From Alphaproteobacteria bacterium (lineage in GTDB: Bacteria > Pseudomonadota > Alphaproteobacteria > UBA828), in contig CBDCCI010000001.1 in the NCBI GenBank assembly GCA_965214705.1, positions 384,001 to 448,000 on the forward strand: DNA of 64,000 nt, in the 5' to 3' direction. This document shows, piece after piece, positions 10,942 through 23,495 of the stretch. Numbering within the stretch: position 1 is the stretch's first letter; the number at the start of each line of letters is the position of its first letter. The notes beneath the pieces are model-generated. The model worked only from the letters and a program-made list of their open reading frames with translations. It was not told the origin of the DNA and ran no database searches. Made by a program: the position numbers and the translations under genes.

Positions 10942-12051
10942 AGGCTCAAGGAAAACGTGCCATGCCCAAAATCACCAAGCGAGTCGTCGATGTCCTGCTC
11001 CCTGGTGAACGCGAGCGCATCGTCTGGGATAGCGACATCAAGGGCTTCGGTGTCCGCGTCCACCCAACAGGACGAAAGGTCTACATCGTCAAGTACCGGC
11101 ACGAGGGACGGTCCGTCAAAGTCACAATCGGACCCCACGGACCCATCACACCGGCAGCAGCTCGGGCCAAAGCCGCCGAGATCGTGACGCTCGCAAAGAC
11201 CGGCCGCGATGTGGCAGGAAAGACGCCCCTCGTAAGAGGGAGCGCCACCATGGAGAAACTCGCCCGGCGCTTCATGGACGAGTACGCGCCTGCCCATCTG
11301 AAACCGAGTACTGCCCGGTTGTACCGGAAGATTATCGAGAACCGGATCCTGCCGCGGTTCGGCAAGCGCCGTGTCAGCGATATCGGAAAGAGTGATGTCG
11401 TCGCCCTCCATCACGACATGCGCGACGTCCCCGACCATGCCAACCGCACGCTGAGCGTTCTCTCGCGCATGCTCACCCTGGCCGAGGTCTGGGAGATGCG
11501 CCCCGAGGGCGTGAACCCATGCCGGCACGTCAAGAAATATCCCGAGCACAAGCGCGAGCGGTTTCTCTCGGACGAGGAGTACGGGCGCCTCGGTGCTGCG
11601 CTGCGTGACGCGGAACGGGAGGGCTTCGCCTCTGCGGTGGTGATCGCCGCCATTCGCCTGCTGATGCTGACCGGCTGCCGGAGCGGTGAGATCATGAGCC
11701 TGCGGTGGGAGCACGTCGATCTGGAGATGGGCGAGCTTCGGTTGCCGGATTCGAAAACCGGCTCCAAGGTGGTGCATCTGGGCGATCCGGCCATAGCGGT
11801 GCTGCGCGGCATTCTCCGCAAGGCGGACTATGGCGCGACAATCTGCATGAGATCCGCGCGGCTATCAGGATGAGATTCCTGGCGGCGACGGCGCGTTGAG
11901 GATTCCGCTGTGAGGCGGGGATTGCAAGCTCTTTTTGGATTTTGATTGTCGCGGCGCGACAGTTTCTTCGAGCAGCCAGATTGACGCGGAGAGGAGGCGG
12001 CCCGCGGGGGTCGATCTCTCGCGGGCCGCGAGTGGGGCAGTGGTGGCCGGC

Positions 12052-14501
<2,450 letters not shown>

Positions 14502-14636
14502 CTACGCCCTCCCTACATTCCTGGCCGCCGATCTCCCCCGTCTCATCCTGATTGACGCTGCTGTTTTGCGGTAGGAACGCCGGTTACCCAGCGCCCCCCG
14601 CACAGATCCCCGCAGGCCCGTTAGGGCACGAGGCTC

Positions 14637-16076
14637 CTACCTTGAGTGGTTGACGGCAAATCGCTGGTTTGGCCAAGGGTGGCGGATGCTCAGTGGCGGC
14701 CAAAAGGCCCGCGCCAGGGCGCCGACCTTGGCCAGCGTGAAGCGGTCCTTTTGGGATCGGCGCCGCAGCACGCGACGCCATAGCCGCACGAGCCGGAACG
14801 TGAACTGCTTGAGGTACGGGAAGCTGGTTGGGACGGCATAGTATCGAAGCCATCCGTCCACGACCCTCCCAAGCCATTTTGCAACCTCGTACCGGTCATG
14901 GTGCATCCTTCGGCGCAGTTCGGCCTTGATGCGCTTGAGGGTTCGGTTGACCCGGCTTCGCATCGGTTTCCGGCCCAGACCGGGACGTCCGGTCCTCGTG
15001 GTCCGGCAGTAATGCGTGAACCCGAGGAAGTCGAACGTTTCGGGACGCCGCTCGCCTCGCGCCCGCCGGCGTGCGATCGCCCGCTGGCCAAACTCGATGA
15101 GCCGCGTCTTGTCCGGGTGGAGGTCGAGCGAGAACAAAGCCAGCCTCGCCTTCAAGTCGCGCAGGAACCGTTCCGCGTCGCTCTTGTGCTCGAAACCGAC
15201 CACAAAATCATCGGCGTAACGCACGATGATCGTGTCGCCGCAGGCCGTCCGCGAACGCCATTTCTGGAACCACAGGTCGAGCACATAGTGGAGGTAGACG
15301 TTCGCGAGAATCGGCGAAGCCACCGCCCCTTGCGGGGTGCCCACCAGCGTGTCTGACCATGCGCCCTCTTCGATGACGCCCGCGTTGAGCCACTTGGCGA
15401 TCAGCCGGAGTGCCCGCCGATCCCCGATGCGATGGCCCAAGAACCGGAGCGTCCAGTTCCTGTCCAGGTTATCGAAGAACCCACGGATGTCGGCGTCAAC
15501 GATCCAGTTGACCCGGCGTCGGTCGATCCCGTACGCCAGAGCATCGAGCGCGTCGTGCGCCCCACGCCCCGGACGGAACCCATAGCTGAACCCGAGGAAG
15601 GCCGGCTCGTAAATTGGCGTCAGGATAATCTCCGTCACCGCCTTCTGGACGATCTTGTCCTCTAGCGCGGCGACGCCGAGCGGTCGTGTCCCGCCGTCTG
15701 GCTTGGGTATCTCTACCCGCCGGACCGGCGGCGCCCGATACGCTCCGGTCTGTACGCGACGGTGAAGGTCGAGCAGCCGCTCTTCCAGCCCCTCCGCGTA
15801 CTGAGCCCATGTCATGCCGTCTACCCCCGCTGCGGCGTCCCGCTTCAGCGCGTGGAAGGCCCAGCGCAGCGCGTCCGGCGTGACATGATGCAAGAGCGCC
15901 GTCAGCTTCTCCCGCGGCTTCCTCGTTGCAGTTTGCCGTATCCGCTCGGCGGCCTGGGACACGCTTTCCCGGCTCTGCGTCCGGCGCGTGCTTTCGCGTC
16001 GCGGATTCCTCTCGGTTCCGGCCCTTCGCTTCATCGGCTCCGCCGGACCTCGCGGCCCCTTGTTCGCCGACTTCAT
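14637..16076 (-). CDS. ltrA: Group II intron reverse transcriptase/maturase (outer intron; no endonuclease domain seen)
   Basis: AAGVDG, IPKPDGGTRPLG, SYGFRPGR, GTPQG, RYADD and FDFLGF motifs. Start uncertain. Confidence 0.92.
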   Translation of the reverse strand: MKSANKGPRGPAEPMKRRAGTERNPRRESTRRTQSRESVSQAAERIRQTATRKPREKLTALLHHVTPDALRWAFHALKRDAAAGVDGMTWAQYAEGLEERLLDLHRRVQTGAYRAPPVRRVEIPKPDGGTRPLGVAALEDKIVQKAVTEIILTPIYEPAFLGFSYGFRPGRGAHDALDALAYGIDRRRVNWIVDADIRGFFDNLDRNWTLRFLGHRIGDRRALRLIAKWLNAGVIEEGAWSDTLVGTPQGAVASPILANVYLHYVLDLWFQKWRSRTACGDTIIVRYADDFVVGFEHKSDAERFLRDLKARLALFSLDLHPDKTRLIEFGQRAIARRRARGERRPETFDFLGFTHYCRTTRTGRPGLGRKPMRSRVNRTLKRIKAELRRRMHHDRYEVAKWLGRVVDGWLRYYAVPTSFPYLKQFTFRLVRLWRRVLRRRSQKDRFTLAKVGALARAFWPPLSIRHPWPNQRFAVNHSR

Positions 16077-16080
16077 CGCT

Positions 16081-18104
16081 GTCGGGTCGGAGGAGGCGCC
16101 CCGCGAGGCTAGCCTCCGTCCGCCGCTCAAACGGCCCGTACGGTTTTCCCGTAAGCCGCTTTCACAAAGGTGTCTCAACGAAGGTTCAAGGACGGAACCA
16201 GTGAGATCAGGCGAACAAGCCCGTATTCGTCGATCAGCTTGCGCTCCGGCAACTGTTTCCAGCCAGCGTTGCGCCAGCGCTTGCGACGATGCGACCAGAG
16301 CCGCCGCACGATCCAGCCGTCAAGCTGGTGGAAGAGCCCGCGGACGTGGGCCTTGCAATAGTATTGGCCCCATCCCCGAATGATCGGGTTGATCTCGTCA
16401 ATCAGCTCCTGCGTGCTGACAGGAGCCTTGCGCCGGGTACGCTGGCGAATCTGGTCCTTGAAGTGCCGGATGGATTTCTCACGCGGAACCGCGTAGCGCG
16501 CTCCCCCGCGAACCCCGCTCTTGATCTTGGAGGACGACAGCCGGAGAGGCCGCTCGCCCTGCTTGATCTTGTAGCCGAGGAACTCAAACCCGTGCCTGAC
16601 ATGGACAATGCGGGTCTTCCCGGCGTTGAGGGACACACCCAGCTTTGCCAGAATCCGCCTGGCCGTCTCCAGTGCTGCGCGGGCTTCCCCGCGTGTGCGG
16701 CACGTGATCAGCCAATCATCGGCGTATCGCGTTAGTCGATAGCCGCGACGACGCATTTCCCAATCGAACGGGGTCAGCAAGATATTGCTGAGCAGCGGTG
16801 AAACGATGCCGCCCTGCGGAGTGCCCTGTTCGGTCGGCAGCCTCTTACCGTCGGCCACCACCCCGGCCGTGAGCATCTGCCTGAGCAGACCTAATACCCG
16901 GCCATCCGAGACTCGCTGGTTGACGAGTTCGAGGAGCTTTTCGTGGTCCACGGACCCGAAAAAGTCTTTCAAATCCGCATCGAGAACCCACTCGTTGCCC
17001 TCGTCCAGTTCCCTCCATATCTTGCGTAACGCTCCATGGGCAGACCTTCCTTGCCGGTACCCGTAGTTGGCATCGTCGAACACCGGCTCGAAGATCGGTT
17101 CCAGCCGGTTCAGCAGCGCCTGCTGGCACACCCGGTCGTAGATTGTCGGGATGCCGAGCGGGCGGAACTTCCCCGGCTGGCCCGCCTTGGGGATCAGGCA
17201 TTGGAGAACCGGCTGCGGGTGATACTCACCGTCCCGCAACTCCCGGTGCAGGCGATCGAGATTTGCATCCAGCGATGCCTCGAACGCCGCTAAATCCTCT
17301 CCGTCCACGCCACCGGCACCCCGGTTGCGCTTCACCTTTTCCCAGGCCACCTCAAGGTTCTTCCGCTTGTACACCTTGTCCACCAGTGAGTGGACCTTCC
17401 TGTCACCCGCCGGGTTGATCCAGTCGATGAGTCTCCTCGGGCCATGATGTCCGGGTCTTTCGCTCAAGGAACTTGTCCGCGTCATGGTCCTTACTCACTC
17501 ATCGCTGTCTCTCGCCGACCACCTCTGCCAACCGACTTCCCCGGCCCACACGGCCGCCGCTCGCGCGGTCACCCGGCTTTCGCCGGGCTTCAGGTACTAT
17601 TCGGTTGTCCGATTGCTCGCCGCGCATCCTTTCCCATTTCGCCTTTCGGCTTATAGGGTCCGTTATCCCGGTGCCACCCGGGAACGCGGCGAGCCCTCCT
17701 GGGGTCACGTCCAGATCTTCCGTACCGTGCCGCTCGCAAACACCTTGGTGCGACGGGTGGGTAAGAACGCCTTCGCCGCCATAGTGCCGGCTCGACCTTG
17801 CCCCGTCTTTGGCCGACCGATTCATCATGGGGTGGCCCCCTCGATTACGGCCCGGTACTTCTCCGCAAGCCCTTCAGATTCCACCTCGCGGTGGACACCC
17901 TGCCTTCCGGTTGTCTTTCGACAGTGGACCAACTTAGCTCCTCCCTTGGCTGTCTCCGCCGTTTCCGGCTTCGTGCCCGTTTAGAGTTTCGCTTATCGGC
18001 TCACTCCGGCCAGTGAGGAATTACCCCCACTTTTGGATATGGCGCCCCTTACCCGAGCGCCAGTGGGACTTGAACCCACCTGATCTGGGCGCTGCCCAGC
18101 ACAC
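16081..18104 (-). ncRNA. Group II intron (inner), inserted in the domain III region of the outer intron
   Basis: 5' GTGTG at 18104, DV AAGCGGCTTACGGGAAAACCGTACGGGCCGTTT, 3' CCGACCCGAC at 16081. Removal rejoins GCCATAGT|AGCGATGAAG. EBS1 ACTATG (17785-17780) pairs with exon CATAGT. Confidence 0.88.
16175..17485 (-). CDS. ltrA: Group II intron reverse transcriptase/maturase (inner intron)
   Basis: GAGGVDG, RPLGIPT, GTPQGG, RYADD, FEFLGY and INPIIRGW motifs. Confidence 0.94.
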   Translation of the reverse strand: MTRTSSLSERPGHHGPRRLIDWINPAGDRKVHSLVDKVYKRKNLEVAWEKVKRNRGAGGVDGEDLAAFEASLDANLDRLHRELRDGEYHPQPVLQCLIPKAGQPGKFRPLGIPTIYDRVCQQALLNRLEPIFEPVFDDANYGYRQGRSAHGALRKIWRELDEGNEWVLDADLKDFFGSVDHEKLLELVNQRVSDGRVLGLLRQMLTAGVVADGKRLPTEQGTPQGGIVSPLLSNILLTPFDWEMRRRGYRLTRYADDWLITCRTRGEARAALETARRILAKLGVSLNAGKTRIVHVRHGFEFLGYKIKQGERPLRLSSSKIKSGVRGGARYAVPREKSIRHFKDQIRQRTRRKAPVSTQELIDEINPIIRGWGQYYCKAHVRGLFHQLDGWIVRRLWSHRRKRWRNAGWKQLPERKLIDEYGLVRLISLVPSLNLR

Positions 18105-19636
18105 ACTATGGCCGAATCAGATTGCTTCGACTCGTACATCTTCGATTCGGATATCCTCCTTTCTTCCGCGGCCCCGGTACGACCACCGGGGCAAGTCGAA
18201 GCCCTCCCGAGTCCCGGCACAGGGGTGTACGTGCGTCCATGGATTCCTCAGACAACGCGGAGCCCCGCAGTGCCTCACCAGAGCGGTCCTGCGGGTGTCG
18301 CCTTCGGCCGATGAGAAAACCTCGGCACTCCGGACCATAACATTTTCGATGCTCAATCATCCCGGCCACACGCGCCGCTACCGACGCTTCGACCGCACCC
18401 TCACGGATGCCGCCGCACGGCTCGCGGTGGAAGTAGTGGTTAGCCTTTCCTTCCCGTCGGACTCTCACCGACTCCCCTGCGCCAGTTAGCTCGGCGCTCC
18501 TCATCTTGTTTGTCGCGCCGCACCGGACAGTCCCTGGGTATTCCCGGGCGTCAAGCCCGGCAGGCATATGACCTATTTGCACGACTCGTGGCGTCGCATT
18601 CTCGACCGGGCCGGGATCGAGAATCTGCGCATCCACGATCTTCGGCATTCCTACGCGAGTGGCGGTCTACTGGTCGGCGAAGGATTGCCGATGATCGGAA
18701 AGCTTCTGGGTCACAGCAAAGTGCAGACCACGGCCCGCTACGCTCATCTGGCCAACGATCCTCTGAAGGCTGCTGCCAACCGAATCGCGAGCCGAATCGC
18801 CGAAGTCGCGGGTTAAGAGCGTCCCCACTGTTGGTCGGCGCATGCGTGGAACGCTGAATGGAAGGCTAAGTCCCTGATATATTCTCGTACAGGAAGTCTG
18901 ACTCCGACGTCGTAAAGCTGGATAGAACCGCTACGAGGGGTCGGCCGAGCAGCTTCCTCAAGAGCAGCGCCATTGTCGCGCAAAGCTTGGCAACCTGCGC
19001 TTTCAGTGCCTCGGTCCAAGCGTTCGACGTCTTCATGGTCTTGCAGAATCGGGCGTATTGCCTCCGCTCTCTCCCAGAACAGCCTTTCGCACTTTCGCCA
19101 ACCCCGCAGTATTCGGTTGCCAAAGACGAAGGGGGATCGTCCGACGCTCGTAGCCAGCCCGGCTCGCATGCATTCTTGGACCGAAATGGCCGAATATCAC
19201 TGACCAGGACGCGATTATCGATGTGCGAGCTCTCGAGTACCGAGTTTTCTCAACAGTCGGGCGCGTTTCCTCAGCCACCATCCGGCTTCGACCGGCCAAG
19301 CCTCGTGGTCGTCGTCGGCGGTGAGCTCTCGGGCAGCGTGAAGCGGCCAATTGGGGTCGTCGAGCAGCTCACGCGCGAGCGCCATCATATCGGCTTTACC
19401 GGCAGCAAGCGCATCCTCGCAGAAACTCGCGTCCCACAAGTAACCCACGGTCATGGTTGGAACGTCCACAGCTTCACGAATGCGAGCCGCGAAAGGCACC
19501 TGAAAGCCCTGTTCGATCGTCATGCGGCGCGGGCGTTCCTTGCCCCCGATGCCGCCGCTCGAGCAGTCGATCATGTCTACGCCTTCCGCCAGGAGTGCCC
19601 TGGCGGTTTCGATCGTATCTCTTGAGTAACTTCTCT

Positions 19637-21061
19637 CTAAGCCGTTGACATAGAGGCATTTGTGTTTTTGTTGTCGTCGTCGATCTCGACCAGTTGGAAG
19701 CCGAGCTTCTTGGCCTGTCGACGGAGCGAAGAGAACTTTCGGTCCAGGCGTCGGCTCTCGTAGACCTCCATCCCCTTCTCGGCATATTGCTGGCCGCGGG
19801 TCACCATCAGGTAGATCAGGCAGGCGAGTTCTCGGGCGGTGGCGACAACGGCTACGCTGGTGTCCATCCGGGCGAGGCGGCTGCGGTGCTTGGCGCCGAT
19901 GAAGGTTTGGCTGGTGCGAGCGGTCATGGCCGCCATGCGCAGTGCCTGGCCAACGCGGTTGACCACCTTGGGCCCCCGGCCCGGCAACGGTTTGCCGCCG
20001 CTGATCCTGGTCCCAGGCGCCAGCCCCAGCCAGGAACTGAAGTGCTGTGCGGAGGGAAAGGCGGAGAAGTCAGGACCGATCTCGGCGGCGATCACCAGGG
20101 CAGTGTTGACGCCGACGGTGGGGATTGCGGTGAGATCGACCCCCATCATCTTATGCAGCGCCATAGCCATGGCCTTATCCTGCCCGCGGAGCGCCCTGCC
20201 GCTGCTGCTTGGGGTCTCGTTCGACGCCGTGCCCGATGATCCGACACTGGGAGTGTCCTCGGGCGTACCCTCATCCGTCGGATCGTCCGGCGGGGTCAGG
20301 TGCTCAACCTCCGCCATGATCCGCGCCTCGCAGTCCGCGATCTGCTGCTCCAGAAAGTCGTAGCGCTGCATCGCCTGCTCAAGCGCGAACAGGTGCTCCT
20401 CGCGCCAAGTGCCCTCCAGGCTCGCGGCAATCGTGTCGGCGCTGGCCTTGATCCGCCTGTCGCGAAGCGACGCCAGCCGCCCGGGGTCGCGCTCGCCGGC
20501 GATGATCGCCCGCAGGATGCGCTCACCCGTCTTCCCCATGATATCGCTGATCACCGAGTCCAGACGCACGTTCATCTGGGTCAGCGCCTTCTGCATATGC
20601 AGCACGCAGCGAGAGCGGTCCTCGATCAACTGCTTCGCCTGGCGCATGAAGGAGCGCAACGGGCAGATCGCGTCGCCCGGCCGGAAGGCGCCGCGCAGAA
20701 GGCCGTAGGACATCAGCTGCCAGATCCACTGGCAGTCCAGCACATCGCTCTTGCGCCCGCCGATCTGCTTCGTCATCCGGGGCGGCACAAGCATCACCTC
20801 GAAGCCGGCTCGATCCAGGACCTCGTAAACCGGGATCCAGTAGACCGAGGTCGACTCCATCGCCACCTTCGTCACACCGCACGACTTCAGCCACTCGGCC
20901 ATCGCATCCAGGTCGCGCGTGAACGCGCCGAACTCCCTCACCGGTTCCTCGGCTCGCTCCGGATCCACCGCCACGAAGTGCCGGTCCTTGCCGATGTCGA
21001 TCCCGGCGCAATTCGGGTGCACTACCTTGAGGCGCTGCCTCCTTCTCCGCTTGCGCGCCAT
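19637..21061 (-). CDS. IS110 DEDD recombinase
   Basis: AGIDIGK, AMESTSVYW, KSDVLDC and WLGLAPGTRISGG motifs. Confidence 0.93.
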   Translation of the reverse strand: MARKRRRRQRLKVVHPNCAGIDIGKDRHFVAVDPERAEEPVREFGAFTRDLDAMAEWLKSCGVTKVAMESTSVYWIPVYEVLDRAGFEVMLVPPRMTKQIGGRKSDVLDCQWIWQLMSYGLLRGAFRPGDAICPLRSFMRQAKQLIEDRSRCVLHMQKALTQMNVRLDSVISDIMGKTGERILRAIIAGERDPGRLASLRDRRIKASADTIAASLEGTWREEHLFALEQAMQRYDFLEQQIADCEARIMAEVEHLTPPDDPTDEGTPEDTPSVGSSGTASNETPSSSGRALRGQDKAMAMALHKMMGVDLTAIPTVGVNTALVIAAEIGPDFSAFPSAQHFSSWLGLAPGTRISGGKPLPGRGPKVVNRVGQALRMAAMTARTSQTFIGAKHRSRLARMDTSVAVVATARELACLIYLMVTRGQQYAEKGMEVYESRRLDRKFSSLRRQAKKLGFQLVEIDDDNKNTNASMSTA

Positions 21062-21079
21062 CGAGAGCCCTCCCAAACT

Positions 21080-21300
21080 CCGTTGACGTTGCGGGTGGGG
21101 AGGAACCGCGGCGAAGTCTCAATCTCTTGAACGAGGTCACGGGCGAACCCGCGCCATCAGTGACAGAAGCCGATCACGGTTCGGGCCAAGCTTCCAAACG
21201 GGTGCCCTCGCACGCCACTGAAGGGACGGCCTCGTCTGCCCTACCCGCTACCACTTCACGCTTCAACCGTCGAAGACTCAACCCCAGTCGAAGACTCTAC
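21080..21300 (-). ncRNA. Putative IS110 bridge RNA
   Basis: Contains 7-9 nt matches to target+core (21191-21197) and donor+core (21124-21130). Confidence 0.6.
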
Positions 21301-21570
21301 CCCCAGTTACTTCAGCGACTGAGCCGCTGCGCCGCAGTGGTGGTGGCTTCCAACTGGATGCCGCCGTCGAGCCAATCGGTGGCCGATAGTCGGAACACCA
21401 CCCATCTTTGCCACTTTTCGGTCCCGAAGGCCTGATTTTGGGTAGCCTTTGGGATCTAAGGCACTGATTTTGTTGGATTGTGTTTTGGGAAGTCCATTGT
21501 AGTGCCATAATCTTTGGTCTGTGGGCCGGCGCTCCTTGACAGTCCGCAAACTGTCCGTGACCCTGCCGCC

Positions 21571-23397
21571 ATGTTCATTCGCAAAACCCTCACCGGTCGC
21601 GGAGACGGTGGCGAGCGCTATGCCACCTACCGCCTCGTGCGCAGCGAACGCATCGGCGGAAGGGTGCGCCAGGTCACGCTCCTCAATCTCGGCGCCGACT
21701 TCGGTGTGCCCGAGGAGCAATGGCGCGAATTGGCGCTTCTGATCGAAACCCTTCTCGCCGGCAGCGAGCCGCTGCTGGAGCCGGATGCCGCCTTGCGCCC
21801 CGTCGCCGAGGACGTCGTACGGCGGCTTCACGCCCGCGATCTCGGCGCGTCGCGGCCCGGGGACGAGAGCGACCTGGCCACGGTCCGTCTCGATAGCCTC
21901 TCCCACGAACAGGTCCGCTCGGTGGGCTGCGAGCGCCTGGCTCTCGCCGCGCTTGACGACCTTCGCTTCATCGAGACGCTGGAGAGGCTGGGCGCAAGTG
22001 AGCGCGACGCACGCATCGCGGCGGCACTGGTGGTCGCGCGCATGATCCATCCCTCCAGCGAGCGCGAGGCCTTCCGCTGGCTGAGCGCGAACAGCGCGAC
22101 CCTGGAGTTGCTCGATGTCGACAGCGGCAAGTCGCTCACGCTCAGCAAGCTCTACCGCATCGGCGACCTCTTGTGGCGTCACCGCGCGGCGCTTGAAGAG
22201 GCGCTGTGCGCCCGGGAGCGCGATCTCTTCGGCATCCCCGACACCATCGTCTTCTTCGACCTGACCAACACCCATATGACCGGACGGCCCAGCTCCGCGC
22301 TGGCCCGCTTCGGGCGCTCGAAGCAGAGGCGTGACGATTGTCCGATCGTGACCCTGGCCCTGTCGCTGAACCAGGCCGGCTTTCCGCAGCACAGCGAGAT
22401 CCTGCCCGGCAACATCTCCGAGCCGGCCACTCTCGCCGACGCCATCGGGCGGCTGGAATGCCAAGCGCGCGGCAGCAACGCCCCCAGGCCCACGGTCATC
22501 ATGGACGCCGGCATCTCCACCGAGGCCAACCTCGCCTGGCTGCGGGCGGGCGGCTATCACTGGATCACCGTTCGCCGCGGCGTCTCGGCGCCGCCCGGGC
22601 GCGAAGCCGATGCCGCCTTCGAAACCCGGGCCGGCCACGATGCCCGCGCCTGGCGTCTCGCGGCAGGGGACGACGAAGCGCACCTGTGCGTCTGGAGCCA
22701 TGAGCGCCAGCAGAAGGACGAGGCCGTGCTCGCCCGTCAGCGTCACAACTTCGAGGACGCCCTGCGCGCCCTGCATGGCGGGCTGTCGAAGAAGAACCAC
22801 ATCAAGCAGTTCACCAAGGTGATGGAGAAGCTGGGCCGGCTGAAGGAAAGGTACAGGCGCGTCCACCGTCAGTACGACATCGAGGTCGAGCCCGGAGAGA
22901 AGGGGCGGGCCAGTGCGGTCCGCTGGAGGCGCAACGCTCTCCATGCCGAGCGCGACCGCCAAGCGGGCATCTATGTGCTGCGCACCAGCCACGTCGAGTG
23001 GGATCTTGAAACCGTGGTCCGAACCTACTGGAAGCTCACAGAGCTCGAGGCCACCTTCCGCAGCCTGAAATCCGAAATCGGCCTGCGCCCGGTCTGGCAC
23101 TCCAAGACCTCGCGCATCGCCGCCCACCTGTTCATCGCCGTCCTCGCCTACCACGCGGTTCATCTGCTGCGAACCCGTCTGGCGGCGCACGGCTTGCATG
23201 ACCGCTGGAGTACGATCCGCGACAAGCTCGCGGGCTGGGTGCGTCTCACCTCCACCATCCGGGAGGTGGACGGAAACCGCATCGTCATCCGCCAGGATGC
23301 TCAACCCGACGCCGAGGCGCGCGTCATCGCGCAGGCGGCGGGCCTCACGGTGGATCCCCACAGGCGCCGGGCCGTGCTCCCGGGAGTGTCGCGATGA
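21571..23397 (+). CDS. IS1634 transposase
   Basis: RLVRSERIGGRVRQVTLLNLG, FFDLTN, FGRSK, MDAG and EATFRSLKSEIGLRPVWH motifs. Confidence 0.92.
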   Translation: MFIRKTLTGRGDGGERYATYRLVRSERIGGRVRQVTLLNLGADFGVPEEQWRELALLIETLLAGSEPLLEPDAALRPVAEDVVRRLHARDLGASRPGDESDLATVRLDSLSHEQVRSVGCERLALAALDDLRFIETLERLGASERDARIAAALVVARMIHPSSEREAFRWLSANSATLELLDVDSGKSLTLSKLYRIGDLLWRHRAALEEALCARERDLFGIPDTIVFFDLTNTHMTGRPSSALARFGRSKQRRDDCPIVTLALSLNQAGFPQHSEILPGNISEPATLADAIGRLECQARGSNAPRPTVIMDAGISTEANLAWLRAGGYHWITVRRGVSAPPGREADAAFETRAGHDARAWRLAAGDDEAHLCVWSHERQQKDEAVLARQRHNFEDALRALHGGLSKKNHIKQFTKVMEKLGRLKERYRRVHRQYDIEVEPGEKGRASAVRWRRNALHAERDRQAGIYVLRTSHVEWDLETVVRTYWKLTELEATFRSLKSEIGLRPVWHSKTSRIAAHLFIAVLAYHAVHLLRTRLAAHGLHDRWSTIRDKLAGWVRLTSTIREVDGNRIVIRQDAQPDAEARVIAQAAGLTVDPHRRRAVLPGVSR

Positions 23398-23495
23398 GCG
23401 CACAAACGTAGTGCCATAATCCCAGATGGGCCAGAAAATCAGCCCATCATCGCAACTACTTAGGTCGCAGGCGCGCGCCAAAATGGCAAAGATGG

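Larger units (their letters stand above)
14565..18499 (-). ncRNA. Group II intron (outer), inserted in the IS21 terminal repeat
   Basis: DV/DVI-like sequence GAGCCTCGTGCC...CCTACCGCAAA at 14565-14640. 5' end GAGCG at 18499. EBS1 CTCATC (18315-18310) is complementary to exon GATGAG. Removal restores the IS21 23-bp repeat spacing. Confidence 0.85.
19619..21348 (-). mobile_element. IS110-family element with a CT/AG core at both junctions and a long upstream noncoding end
   Basis: Removal through the shared dinucleotide restores the OYE frame (TTG GAA GAT ACG). No target duplication. Confidence 0.85.

Noticed and set aside
10765-10961. tRNA/tmRNA integration site at the island border
   Set aside because: No cloverleaf or convincing T-arm/CCA remnant could be identified.
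14637-17485. Two adjacent reverse transcriptases as a retron, DGR or defence RT pair
   Set aside because: Both have maturase domains and their own DV/DVI and EBS1, so they are nested group II introns. The first roughly 34 aa of ORF 14637-16178 are read-through from the inner intron's 3' end.
18813-19169. Small ORFs downstream of the first integrase (also 60403-60757 and 61143-61565)
   Set aside because: They have no recognisable motifs or ribosome-binding sites, so coding status is unsupported.
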